Source of the DNA: Phoronis australis
Lineage: Eukaryota; Animalia; Phoronida
Length of the DNA stretch: 64,000 nt
Assembly: GCA_002633005.1 (NCBI GenBank)
Contig: NMRA01000079.1
Span: 852,558 to 916,557 of the forward strand
Reading direction: 5' to 3'
Shown here: positions 53,301-64,000 of the stretch, in pieces
Position numbering within the stretch: the stretch's first letter is position 1
Layout of the letters: each line of letters starts with the position of its first letter
Position numbers and translations under genes: made by a program
The notes under the pieces: generated by a model
What the model was told of the DNA's origin: nothing
Seen by the model: the letters and a program-made list of their open reading frames with translations, nothing else
The model's database searches: none

Positions 53301-54543
53301 TTCTGGGCTACGATGAGCGGGTGTAGCAAGCAAATTTGTGACGAGGAGAACTGTTTTCTTTTCAACATACATTACCAACATCGATCAACAAAATCAAAAC
53401 ATCTCCTTTGGGCTAAAATGCCAAGACAAGAAGCAATAATTCTGTATGTTCTTGTCAAAAATAAAAAAAAATCTGTATATTGTTTCACATTCCCAAAACA
53501 TGATCAACGTACCAGTAATTTATTTAAAAACGGGGGAGTCATCGACGGAAACGGTTTATATAACACCAACAGAGTTTACCTAATATAGGACGAGGGCATA
53601 AGAAACGTCACACCTCGTCTTTCTTTCTACTCACTCACGTTATCCTGGATTGATACAACGATTATGGTCGTAAAGCACGTGGGAAATCTCGGTCGTAAAT
53701 ATGTACATGTAGTTATGGGCGACACGTTCCCCCGAAACAGCCCACGATAACTGACGACGCAGAACACATATATACATTCGAAGAGTGTGACGGAAGCGTT
53801 TCAAGCAAAATGTGTCAATTTTTCAGACACATGCGTCTGACTTCGTGATTGTGTTACACTCTAAAACGCAAAGTTATTCACTCAAAAGTCCAAGTAGTGG
53901 ACCTACACCTGCGTTTGGAATCATAAAGGCTGAATATCAGAGGAAATAATCACTTGCACAGGGCAAGGTTTTGCGTTAGCTTCATCCCCTTGTTCGGTGA
54001 AACAGAATGGTTCCCAGAGTGCGAGACCTCTGTAATTGACTATTGGGGACACGGAGTCTTGTCTCCCTCTCTGGTCTAGAGTCGTGGCCTAAAGTCTGCT
54101 ACCGTCTGATCACTGTGGTCGGACCCCTTTTGTAATACACTGGGAGTTGCAGTGAGTTTACATGTATAATTAGGCCAAAACAGTGATGACATGGCATCTT
54201 GTCTGAAGTAACGGAGGATAATGACGATCTCGTACCTTGAAAAGTACGGAAAAGTTACGGTGCACACATTGAGCAGTAGCTTGTCAAATTCTCCATAAAG
54301 TAAAACGTTCTCGTTATAAATTGGTCGTTTCAGTCTGCTTACTCAAATGAGCCACGTGGTGGAAACATGGAAGAAAACGTTGGAAGACGATGTCATATGA
54401 ACGTTAAAGGGTTCATCGAAGCCGCCGGAATCGCTTCTGTCATCGCCTTTCTCTGCAGCAGAGACGCTATGTACATAGATGGCGCTGACATTCCAGTCGA
54501 TTGTGGCCTCACAGCAATGGGACCGGAAGGTCAAGGGAATTAA
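43974..54543 (+). CDS. SDR paralog C, intact 5-exon classical SDR oxidoreductase, 288 aa
   Basis: Exons 43974-44116, 45931-46154, 47977-48078, 53004-53191, 54334-54543 sum to 867 nt in frame, all GT-AG. AGGASGIG, IFDIN, VNVVG, NISS, YSATK. Confidence 0.9.
44306..44365. repeat. (GT)n microsatellite, ~30 units, SDR C intron 1
   Basis: Direct reading. Confidence 0.95.
44628..44835. repeat. GC-rich cluster of inverted CCGACC/GGTCGG motifs (probable transposon subterminal repeats)
   Basis: Repeated gccgacc/ggtcggc/ggtcg motifs in both orientations. Confidence 0.5.
45931..46154 (+). CDS. SDR C exon 2
   Basis: NDGTYVAIFDINTLWGKHLEEELLSQGKKAKFYTFDVTD...NFLVNFCAYFGGTGV; tttcag/gtaagt; one extra codon vs A/B. 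Confidence 0.88.
46549..47660 (+). repeat. Dispersed repeat, copy 1 (SDR C intron 2)
   Basis: Collinear similarity to 50939-52130; partial inverted copy ~34000-34420. Confidence 0.7.
47977..48078 (+). CDS. SDR C exon 3
   Basis: FTETSRDTLRKSLDVNVVGASNMAKACFPFMKK; tttcag/gtcagt. Confidence 0.87.
49320..49646 (+). mobile_element. MITE of the CAGTGGCGGATC family
   Basis: CAGTGGCGGATCTAG...TTAGTCCGCCTATG; TSD ATATA/ATGTA. Confidence 0.7.
50939..52130 (+). repeat. Dispersed repeat, copy 2 (SDR C intron 3)
   Basis: Shared blocks such as tgatctgaa.tcagtac, tgggaaaatcgagtattttt, aaactcgtacgctaaacaggcg. Confidence 0.7.
53004..53191 (+). CDS. SDR C exon 4
   Basis: GPDACIVNISSFVGHTALPAMSSYSATKAAISMLTKSMALDLSSEGMRVNAVSPGFVWTPIL; ttgcag/gtaagc. 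Confidence 0.9.
54334..54543 (+). CDS. SDR C exon 5
   Basis: SAYSNEPRGGNMEENVGRRCHMNVKGFIEAAGIASVIAFLCSRDAMYIDGADIPVDCGLTAMGPEGQGN*. Confidence 0.9.
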   Translation, partial: SAYSNEPRGGNMEENVGRRCHMNVKGFIEAAGIASVIAFLCSRDAMYIDGADIPVDCGLTAMGPEGQGN

Positions 54544-55031
54544 CAGTCTTTTCAGAACACAAGTCTTCGGTTCTAGTAGTGTTAGGAATCTACGAATAAT
54601 CCTAAATATAGACATTCATTTTAAAACACCATGTTTCGCTTTAAGAATATCACAAGCATAATTTAGGGACCTTTATGCTAACTCGTATCTAAAAAGAAAC
54701 TGGCTCTGTCAACTAGTAAAAGTTAAAATATTCCAAGAGAAAAAAAAGATGGATGTTACTAATTCTTACACTTTTTGTGCCATTATTATTATTACGTTGC
54801 CACATATTTAAGCCAAATAAAAAGGCACATTCATAGCAAAATAACCACTTGTTGGATTTCAATGGAACCTTTTTTAATGAAAACTTTACAATTTGCTTTT
54901 GAAAAACTATCGGCCGAGTGTTCTCATGAACTGGGACATGCTATACATGTACATGTAGGTAGTCCTCCGTCGTTGCTCAAAAACCAGACATGTAACTACT
55001 GTGTTTTCTTGCACTGAGAAAACCTCGAGCA

Positions 55032-56305
55032 CAGTGACAGATCTAGGATATCGTAAGAGGGGGGGGGTCCAACATTTCGTCTCGTCGACAATGGCACGTA
55101 GAGCACGACGAGGCTCTTAGCGGCGAATGGGGGGGGGAGGTCGGGAGGGGGGTTCCCCCATCTGACCAGGGGAAATTTTGTTTTTGCCTCTGAAAACAAT
55201 CATTTTCCTTTGATTTCTGCAACCATTTCTTTAGCCAGGTCGATACTTGCGACAAGCGCGGCCAAATCCCATGACCCAGATCTCATTCTGGAATCCGACA
55301 TCGCTGCGCAGCAAGTTTTCGACTCCATAAGCTGCCCGAAATAAAAAAATGCCCTTTATTCTAGACTTTTACCTGCTTTACGTAGCCCTTTATGTTTTTT
55401 CCCGATGGCGAACAGATACAGTGTACATAACCAGGCACATAATTTATGACGCATACTCAAATGACTTTTTCATACATGTATATGAAAAAACTCTGTGAGT
55501 ATTTACATCACCTCCTGTTGGAGGATTTTTAGATAAACAAATTACCAATTTATGCTTAAAGCATTTAAACAGTTTAACGGCGGTATCGCCACTTGTGATT
55601 TAAAAAGTAAAAACTCACGACTTTTTGGTCAGAGAGCACACACAATTCCACTGCGCCACCACGGATCCGAATAAAACAAAATGCTAAAACACATTCTTGT
55701 TTATGGTCCACTCAGCTTGCATGCGAAACTGCTCTTCCCTGTAATGTTTATTCCACATTTTATATTTTGTGCAACCAGTTTGTAGCAAGAGGTGGTTTTA
55801 AAACAGTCCACATTTGCAAACCGTCTCAATTTTAAAGTTTAACAAAGAGAGAACTGTGAGTTTCTGAGTGATTCACTAAGGCTTCGCTTAAAATTTACAT
55901 CTTACCATTAGCTTCTGTTTCTTCATCGTCACTCAGCTTCCGTTTTCTCTGAAAAATATGAAGTAGTTCTCTTAATTGCACAGTGGAGCAGACAGCGGAT
56001 TCGGAGTGGTAGTGCGCAGCGCCACTGCCGGTCGCCTGGGATATCACGCGCATAATGACCGGGAGCGGCATTACTTAGCCATAGTTTCCGGTTGTCTGAA
56101 TCAGACACTTGATATCGGGTCTGAGCCCCCTCCCCGCATACACGCACACACAAACTAAAACTCCACGCATTGTCAAATCTTGTTTCGTCGGTATAATGTT
56201 AATTACCGGGGTTAATTTATAAACTCAAATTTCCTCGCGCGTTTGTTTTTTATTTCTTGCGGCCTCCAATGGGGGAGCCCTGGAACCCCCCTAAATCCGC
56301 CTATG
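55032..56305 (+). mobile_element. Long MITE, same family as 57028-58005, opposite orientation
   Basis: CAGTGACAGATCTAGG...CTAAATCCGCCTATG; 55680-56060 is the reverse complement of 57240-57660; TSD not preserved. Confidence 0.7.
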
Positions 56306-56461
56306 GATGTTCACATTATTAGGGAAAAGTAAGTCTATACCCAATGAAAACTTTGGTCAACGAAGAAAGTATCATTTTGTCAATCAGTGTCAATGGTGTA
56401 CAACGTCGTAGACTTCATACGAGACTTCCAAGGTTACATGTACAGTGTACATGTCAGTTTT

Positions 56462-56547
56462 TCGAAGGTTCACTACTGCGAAGGTCCACTTCTCCGAAGG
56501 TCCACTACTCTGAAGGTTCACTATTCCTAAGGTTCGCTACCTTCGAA
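56462..56547. repeat. 16-bp tandem repeat (cgaaggt(t/c)cactact), ~5 units
   Basis: Direct reading. Confidence 0.8.
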
Positions 56548-57027
56548 TGTCCGAAACCAGAACTCCTACAGTTAATTACTGGAATTGTCAGCTAATGAGT
56601 GGGAACTGACATGAATAAATACACAATACGTTCCGAGAGTGGCGTATATACATGTAAGTTATATCGCACTCGATATTATTCAGCGATAGGCAGAATAATG
56701 TCAAGTGGGAGTATTACTTCATCTAAGCCAGTCGAGGTACGTTTTGTATTGATCACATAGGCTTCAAATTCCAAAGTATCGTTCATTTCTTCTGCAGAAT
56801 TTTTATACTTCACACAGAGTACATGTATTCACGTAGCGGATCACATCCTATACATGTACATGTATGTATTTACTATTACCCGTTACAAGTTACTAGTAGG
56901 TTACAAGTTTTTTCTAGTAAAAGAAAATTTTTAAATGTAACGATTGATGACGTGGAAAGAGACCACGGAGAAGACAAAAAAACCCGGTGATTCTGCATTG
57001 AATTTTAACATTTACTGAAAACAGTTC

Positions 57028-58005
57028 CATAGGCGGATTTAGGGGGGGGGGGGGGGNGGGCCCCCTCCACCTTGGCTGCTGCAAAAAAATAAAACAGCAA
57101 GAGCGTAGGGAAATTTTGAGTTGATTAATTAACCCCGGCAATTAAAATTATACGGATGAAACCAGATTGAAATGTGTGCACTTTTAGTGTCAAATTCGGA
57201 ACACGGCGCATTCGTAACGGAACTATGGCTAATTATAGGCTCTCCTCGCGATATCCAAGGCGACCGGCAATGGCGCTGCGCACTACGACTTCGTTTTCGT
57301 CGTCTGCTCCACTATGCAATGAACAAAATTTACTTCATTTTTTAAAGAAAATATAACCTAAGTGACGATGAAAAAACAGAAGCTGCTGGTAAGATGTAAA
57401 ATTTAATCGAAGCCTTAGTGAATCACTCAGAAACTCATAATTCTCTCTTTTTCAAACCTTAACTTAAGACGATTTCCAAAGCAATACCGTCATTATTACC
57501 AACACGAAAAACGGATTTGGTCCTTTTGGCATTTGAAGACTATTTTAAATACAACAAATGTGTTATGAACCGATTGCACAAAATATAAAACGTGTAATAA
57601 GCATTACAAAAAGAAGTAGGCTTCGCCGGCAAACGCTGTAGACCATAAACAAGTAGGTCTGTTAGTATAGCATTAGTAGTTAAATCGTGGTGGTGTAGTG
57701 GTAAAGTACGCGCGCTTTATCCTCCAGGTCGTGAGATCGAGTCTGTGGTACTTGCAGTTTTTCCTGTTTGAAACCTTCTCCATGTTTTTTGCCTTTTTTT
57801 CTTGGATAATACTTCAGGAATCAAGGAAAATGCTTGATTTTTAGAGGAAAAAACAGAAAATTTCCTGGGCGGGAGGGGGGCAAACCCCTCTCTCGACCTC
57901 CCCCCATTCGGTGCTATACGCATCTACAATCGTGGTTTGCGCAAATGCTTACAGCCGAACAAAATGTTGGGCCTCCCCCCTTGTGATATCCTAGATCCGC
58001 CACTG
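57028..58005 (-). mobile_element. Long MITE (CATAGGCGGATTTAGG...CTAGATCCGCCACTG) with internal tRNA-like cassette
   Basis: Exact 5-bp TSD AGTTC; A/B-box-like cassette 57683-57750; homologous to 20260-20759 and 55032-56305. Confidence 0.8.
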
Positions 58006-58879
58006 AGTTCAATAACAACCGGTTAGCGACGTCCATTCGACATTGACCTACATGTACAGCTGTAGATACTGATCAATCAGAATGCAGCATCCTTGACAAA
58101 CCTTCGTCTGCGTTTCCATGCCGCTATTTTACCCGACAAACGACACTTTGATCGTGTAAAACTTATTTTAGTCTATAGCACAAGACACTGTGTGATAAGA
58201 ATGGTGAAGCGGTGATGATATGCCGTGTGTAATTCGGACAGTCGTTATGCAGCTCGAGAATGATATCCTGTTAGTTTTGGGCATTCCGTAGGTCAAAAAA
58301 TGACTTTGTAAACGATGGATAGTCAAACTGTGTGAACGGCCACACGAGCAGCTAAACTTGACAATGTTGTTTGATTACTCAAAGGTTAAACACAAATATT
58401 ATTGTTCCACGATACGCACTTTTCAGTTTGGAGGCTATAGTGTACAGTAGGCCTATCAGATTTTGACTCGTCTGACTGCCTAATTGTTTCGTCACCTGCT
58501 GGCCGGATCTCGCCACTAGTCTAATGATAGTCCCCGGAAACTCTTTTTAAGGAGATTTTAATTATTTTTAATTTATTTTGGCATAATGAACATCGTTTTG
58601 TTTCGTAACATAGGCACATTTTTGTTATTTATATACCTGTAGGCTGGCTTTCAACTGAACTTCTCTCGAAAATTGAGAGATTCGATCGTCATAGGGAAGG
58701 GCACTACCGGGATTACTGAACTCAAAGCCTTGTTCGAGCTGTTTTCACGAAAAAATAAACAGTTCAATTACTTTTTGATGAGAACCTCTAGTATACACTT
58801 CGACTGTAGAGTAAGCGAGAGCGCTCATTTTAAGTTATTCAAACATGATATTTCGATTTACGAAGCTTTAAAAAAGAAT

Positions 58880-59725
58880 TTGAGTTATTTTTGTGAATAG
58901 CCATTATAACTTTTTGCCACTACACCCGAGACTTGTCATCTTTTGCAACCATACCACAGCTAAGTGATCATGCTACGTTTATAACTAACTGAAAGCTACC
59001 GCTAAGCAATGAAATTACAAAAATGCGAAGTTCATCAGATTTTTTAGATGCGATTACTGCCAACTTCATACATTCATTTAACTTGGACACAGCTCTAGAC
59101 CTACTGAAAATAACTGCTTGCCTAGCACAAGATGAGTGTGTAATTGAGCTATGAACTTGAGTTTTTTTTTCAATCAAAATATTTTGTACGAAGATTAGAA
59201 AGCGTAAACAGTGCTATCTAGGCATACTCGATCTACGTTACTCGGGGAGTTCCACCAGTTGTGACTTACTTTTCGTTAAGCGGAATTTAGCAGACGCCAG
59301 AATAAAAATATCTGTGAATCTTCACTGATTTTGTTCAAAAGAACCTGGAATCTATGACATCGTACAGATAATTCAACTTTAAGGTACATACCCAGCTTTA
59401 CATGAACACATCGCATCAGTGGCCTTGTCATTTGTCAGGTGAAGGTGAACCTCGTTTGGTTCTTCACGTTTTCGCTGGCTCCGAAATATTTTCCCTCGAA
59501 CATTAGTTTTTTCATCGTCACCTTCACAAATTCGCACATCACGAACGTACGATTCTCAATTGAAAAGCATCGGTTGTTATATTTGTTGAAGCGTTTTCGG
59601 TTAATGCAAAAAAAAAACACTCATCGATTCCACCAAGAACGTCGTTTAGCGACAGTATATTTGCCTCCGACATCTTGTTTGTTTGTCGGGTGTCACGTGA
59701 CTTTTCGCAAGAGGGCGATAGGTCA
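58880..59725 (-). mobile_element. SWIM/YqaJ-type element fragment abutting the SDR D promoter
   Basis: Minus strand in-frame VRGKIFRSQRKREEPNEVHLHLTNDKATDAMCSCKAG followed by a gtatg donor (SWIM CxC half); homology to the 10760 copy ends ~59730. Confidence 0.62.
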
Positions 59726-59828
59726 ATTCGTGGACATTAGTGATCTTATCTGTACTTTGATTCCGTCATTTGCCAACAAAACTTTGACCTTGCTATCAAG
59801 CGTGGGACTTCGTGTATGAATTGCAAAC

Positions 59829-59971
59829 ATGGAAGTTTTAAAAGCCTATGACAGGCGCTTTAAGCAGCCAGAGTTGGACTCTCCTCTGACCAAGTCCCGT
59901 TTTAACAACAAAGTTGTTATTGTGACAGGTGGTGCCTCTGGTATAGGCCGGGCAACAGCGGAGAGGTTTTG
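59829..59971 (+). CDS. SDR paralog D exon 1 (rest of gene presumably beyond the window)
   Basis: MEVLKAYDRRFKQPELDSPLTKSRFNNKVVIVTGGASGIGRATAERF; 143 nt; TG|gtaag; no exon 2 seen before 64000. Confidence 0.85.
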
Positions 59972-60701
59972 GTAAGTTCGCTGGGGAGCACACGGTCGAT
60001 AACATTCTCAGTAGTAAAAGGTAAGGAATGCCCGCTAGAACAAGAACATCTGTTATCCATTTTGGCTTGCGAATATTTGTTTTCTATTCCTAGGCGTGTT
60101 AAGATTTTGTTCTGGGGATTTGGGCATGTGAACTAAACCCCAGCTCTAAGCACCTGTCCTGGGAAGGTTCTTCCTTTACCACTGTGAATATTGTGTTTGC
60201 ATTGAAATCAACCTGCAACGCATAACGGTGAATTGCGCCCACGACTGCACCGTAAAGGTTGTGCATCTAGAATTATAGAGTGTAGTGTCATAAAATGGCC
60301 ATTAGATGCCGCAGAAAATGCCGGAATCCCTCATTGGAAAAGAGCCGTCGTCTCTCTAACACGCAACCACTTTTACAAAATATCCGAGAAACTCTCTGAT
60401 GATCTCCGAAGATACAGTGGCAAACATGCCCATCGATACGAAGTTGTCTTTACTGTATTTCCGCGTGACGTCATCGTGTACACTAGAACATATAATGCAT
60501 ATAGAGCTTTTGTAACGTATTTGGCAAGTTTTTCTCAATTTTGAGTGAATCCATAGACTATAGTACATGTACCGCCGACTCTGCATACTTTCAATGGATG
60601 AAATCTTTGAACTTACGCACAAGCCCTTACGTCATTATTCACTGGCGACACCTGGCTAAATTATCTGGTGTAATTTCCGGCAAGTATGTCGTCTGCTAAT
60701 C

Positions 60702-60911
60702 ATGGTCGGCTGCTGTGTGGCCGGTTGTTCGGCTACACAGGCGAAATGCAAATGCGTTAGCTTCCATACCATCCGAAGACCCCATAATCGGCTGTGGGAA
60801 GAAAAGCTTATTTCTTGTGCCAACGTGAATGGCAGTTGTTTCAGCAATAAGACTTTATACATTTGTTCAAGGCACTTTGAAGAAGAATGTTTTTTTAAGA
60901 GGCTCTGGTAG
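60702..60911 (+). pseudogene. THAP zinc-finger remnant of a DNA transposon in SDR D intron 1
   Basis: MVGCCVAGCS...VSFHTI...LW...LYICSRHFEEECF (C2CH THAP signature), then stop. Confidence 0.65.
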
Positions 60912-62870
60912 GCCTACTACTAAATCCTGTCTTCACAAATCCATTTTTGTTTCCTCCGTTTTGATGAAAACTATCTGGTGAACTTTTTGACGAAAATTGT
61001 CCTCTAAATTTCTTCCAAAGATAGTGACTCATGAACTCCTGTCCTTACGAGGAACTACAGCCATAGTCTAGTGAGCGAATTAACCAAATTACTCTTCGCT
61101 GGCCCTGATCAGACGGTTGGTCTCAGCAGAATTCGCACATTTTTGCCAGGATTTGGATCAGCGATTTCAACAAATTCACATTCGTGTACAAATACGTGTA
61201 AATAGATCGCTGGTAAAACCTTTAACACTAAATGAAGGTTACATTAATACTTTAGAAATAAACAAATGGACCAGTCAAAATCTATCTCGTAATTCAACAG
61301 CAGGTTACACACTCATTTCATGACGAATACATGCCGCACGAAATCTCTCGACTGCATTCTATGAAAATGCTACTAACTTCTTTGAAAACATGGAACAGGA
61401 ACACCAGAGGGGTGTGAAGGTTGTCTTTATTCTTCAATGTTAAATTTTGTAAGTGGACAAAGGGTTTTTAAATTTCCGCCTTAAGTCCTAACATTTCCAA
61501 ACTTAAGCCTTTCAAACGAACGTTTGAATGACGAAAAAAAATTCTTCAACCAGTTTTGTAAAGTCCTATGCCACCTGTAGGGTACATACATGTAATGATC
61601 CAATACCACTCCTAATGTAACAAAAGGATCCCGTGCATAAAGGAAACTAAGTATTGCCCTTCTGAATATTATCGTATTCGCCCCAATAAGCGGCTAGGGA
61701 GCTTAGAAATAAAAACTGCTTCAAGAAGGGGGGCGCTTATTATAGCCCAAAAGTGGTTGAAACCCGGTCTCCCAAACAGGTGAAATCGTAAGCTAGAATT
61801 TATCAAATTTACAATCTGTGACGCATCTGTAACCCATGAGAGAGTTTCTACAAAACTGCAGTGCATCGCTATCAAACTTTCGTGTTAACTTACGAGCATT
61901 TTTCAGAAAATCCCACTGCCAAAAATTCCCGTGAATCAGGTTTCAAGCTCCTCAGCTTGGTTTAACTATATATTTATAAACCATAAAAATGGTTCCAAGT
62001 GATCAGTGCAGTGGGCCCACATGCGCTGCCTGCGCACGTCTGGTAAAAAGTGTATAATGCAGGTCCTGATTTAAAAAAAGTCTCGTTTTTTAATTTTGGT
62101 CCGGTATAAATAACGCCACAGTCCTGGAAATCCAGCGAAACACGTCTACCTTACAATTCTGACAATCCCTAGTCTCAGAAAATTTGAGCACCCGGCAAAA
62201 GATACTGATGATGAAATTCCGGTGATGATAATCACCCACTTGTTTATTTACTTCACCTACACAATTTGAAATAGTTGTAAAACGAAGCTCATTCGGGTAA
62301 GCACCATGTGGGTCCCAATGCCAACCCAATATATGATAGAACCCAGCAAGCTCAAGTTGTAGTCAAATCAGGATGGGCATAAATAAGGAAATTTACGGTA
62401 TAAACAGACTGGCCAAAAAGAATAAGATACAAAGTGTTGCTACAGTGCATACTTGGTGTATTATTTGCCCGCCGTAAATGCATGAAACAATCAGATCACC
62501 AATGGCGCCAAGTTTTCGAAAACATCTTAGGGAGTCCGCAACTGTCACTGCTCTATTTTCAAAACTTTGTTGTGTTACATTTAATTTATTTTCTATTCAA
62601 CTCAATGAAGCCACTTAATATGAATGCATTCAACACAATTAATGCATTGTAAAAACCAAAAGTTATGCTTTATCAACATTAGACAAAATCAGTACTCCCC
62701 TTTCTTAAAAATGAACAAAAGTTTCCATCACTTGTAACGTCGATTTTCGACATTGATATCGGGGCGGAACATCAGTTTGGCGACAGCAACACGAAATCCT
62801 ACGAAGGGGATGATTTTCGAAATTCGATTCGTTTTTGTTGTACATGAATGTCTTTTTTCCCTACGGTTCA

Positions 62871-63028
62871 CAGGAGCGGATCCTGAATTTTGAGTTAGGG
62901 GGGCCATGACAGAGTATTAGCCAGGATTTTGCCCGTTAGACATTGGCATCCCCCATCTTACAAATGTAAACTGGGAGAATTTTAAGGGGGGCCATGGCCC
63001 CCGTGGCCCCCCTCTAAATACGCCACTG
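62871..63028. mobile_element. Short MITE
   Basis: CAGGAGCGGATCC...AAATACGCCACTG with exact 5-bp TSD GTTCA. Confidence 0.75.
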
Positions 63029-64000
63029 GTTCAGGGTTACTTCTGAATCCAGGAACAAGAACTGAAAGATAACGTTGGAGAACGGTAACATTTATATCAG
63101 ATGTTACAACTGTCATCGGTATTGTCATTTCCTCTGCTTTCATCCAAGCTTTCCTGATGAAAACTTGAATGAAGAGGAACGCCAGTACTTGAGTGAGCAC
63201 GGTGTACTGTGTGATTTATGTTGAATTATTCAACGGTTCATTTAAGAACCATTTCACGCTATACCTAAGGTTCATGCACAGTACAACCAACGGCCCTTTT
63301 AAGGGCCACTCAACACTTCACAAAAGAACTGCTCACTTGAGAATGTTGAATTATAAACATGCACAGGTTTAGTCAAATCGTTGCGGAGGCACATTTTTTA
63401 ATTTGAACAACTTTAATATTTTTCTAAACCAAAGACGTTATATAAGTATCTTGCATTCACAGGTACTCCTTGGAATTTGTGCACAAACATGCTTTCGTAG
63501 TTTTCTCAGTAGGCCTATGTGAACCATAAATCACAAACTGTCCGATAACTATGCTGCTATTGGGCAAGCAGACGACATAATCAGTCGGCACCGAAGTTTG
63601 AATTTTGTAATCAATTACCAGTGGCATTGCCAAAAGTACTCACAATACCAACACTTCTACTAGTAGAAGGATTTGGACAGCGTTTCAATGCCGAAATTAT
63701 TATTTTTTGTTATGCTGGACAGTAAAGTAGATGCGAGAATTTCCCGTCAAAATACACTAACGGGAAACTGCACCAGATAATTTAGGAGAGTGGCGGCGCC
63801 TCTTGGCTAACATAATCAAATGTCGGAGTTGCTAATCGTTGTCTATAATCTATGGTGAATCTAAATACTTAGATTATCCCGTCAAAGTCCGAGGCTAAAT
63901 GGAGAGGCGCTGATACCTTGCGTCTTAAGAGGCAGTCCATATAAAAACCAGTAGATTTTCAAAAATCAGTCTATACGTCAAAATTTAAAACAACTTCATT

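Noticed and set aside
56462-56547. CRISPR-like array
   Set aside because: Contiguous 16-bp tandem units without unique spacers, in eukaryotic DNA.

Overview
AT-rich, intron-containing animal genomic DNA, probably a marine invertebrate (inferred from TE repertoire and composition). The core is a + strand tandem array of 5-exon classical short-chain dehydrogenase/reductase (SDR) genes. Copy A (5817-22389) has one in-frame TAG and a duplicated ATG-less exon 1 at 13018. Copies B (25143-34816) and C (43974-54543) are intact, 288 aa each. Only exon 1 of copy D (59829-59971) lies in the window. Introns and spacers hold decayed DNA transposons: two inverted ~4 kb ISL2EU-like THAP + YqaJ elements, three SWIM-bearing fragments of a second such family, an AcademX-like transposase/XPG relic, two THAP-bearing Kolobok-like elements flanking exon 5 of copy B, and a MITE family with 5-bp TSDs whose long members carry a tRNA-like cassette. 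The most unusual items are (1) a ~535 bp head-to-head palindrome of a tRNA-Ser-derived element carrying a minimal Penelope-type hammerhead ribozyme motif, and (2) recurrent TA->TACATGTA 6-bp insertions seen by comparing paralogous repeats, which resemble Tc1/mariner excision footprints. Four N bases (10651, 14245, 44969, 57057) mark possible assembly joins. All assignments come from manual translation and alignment; no database searches were run.
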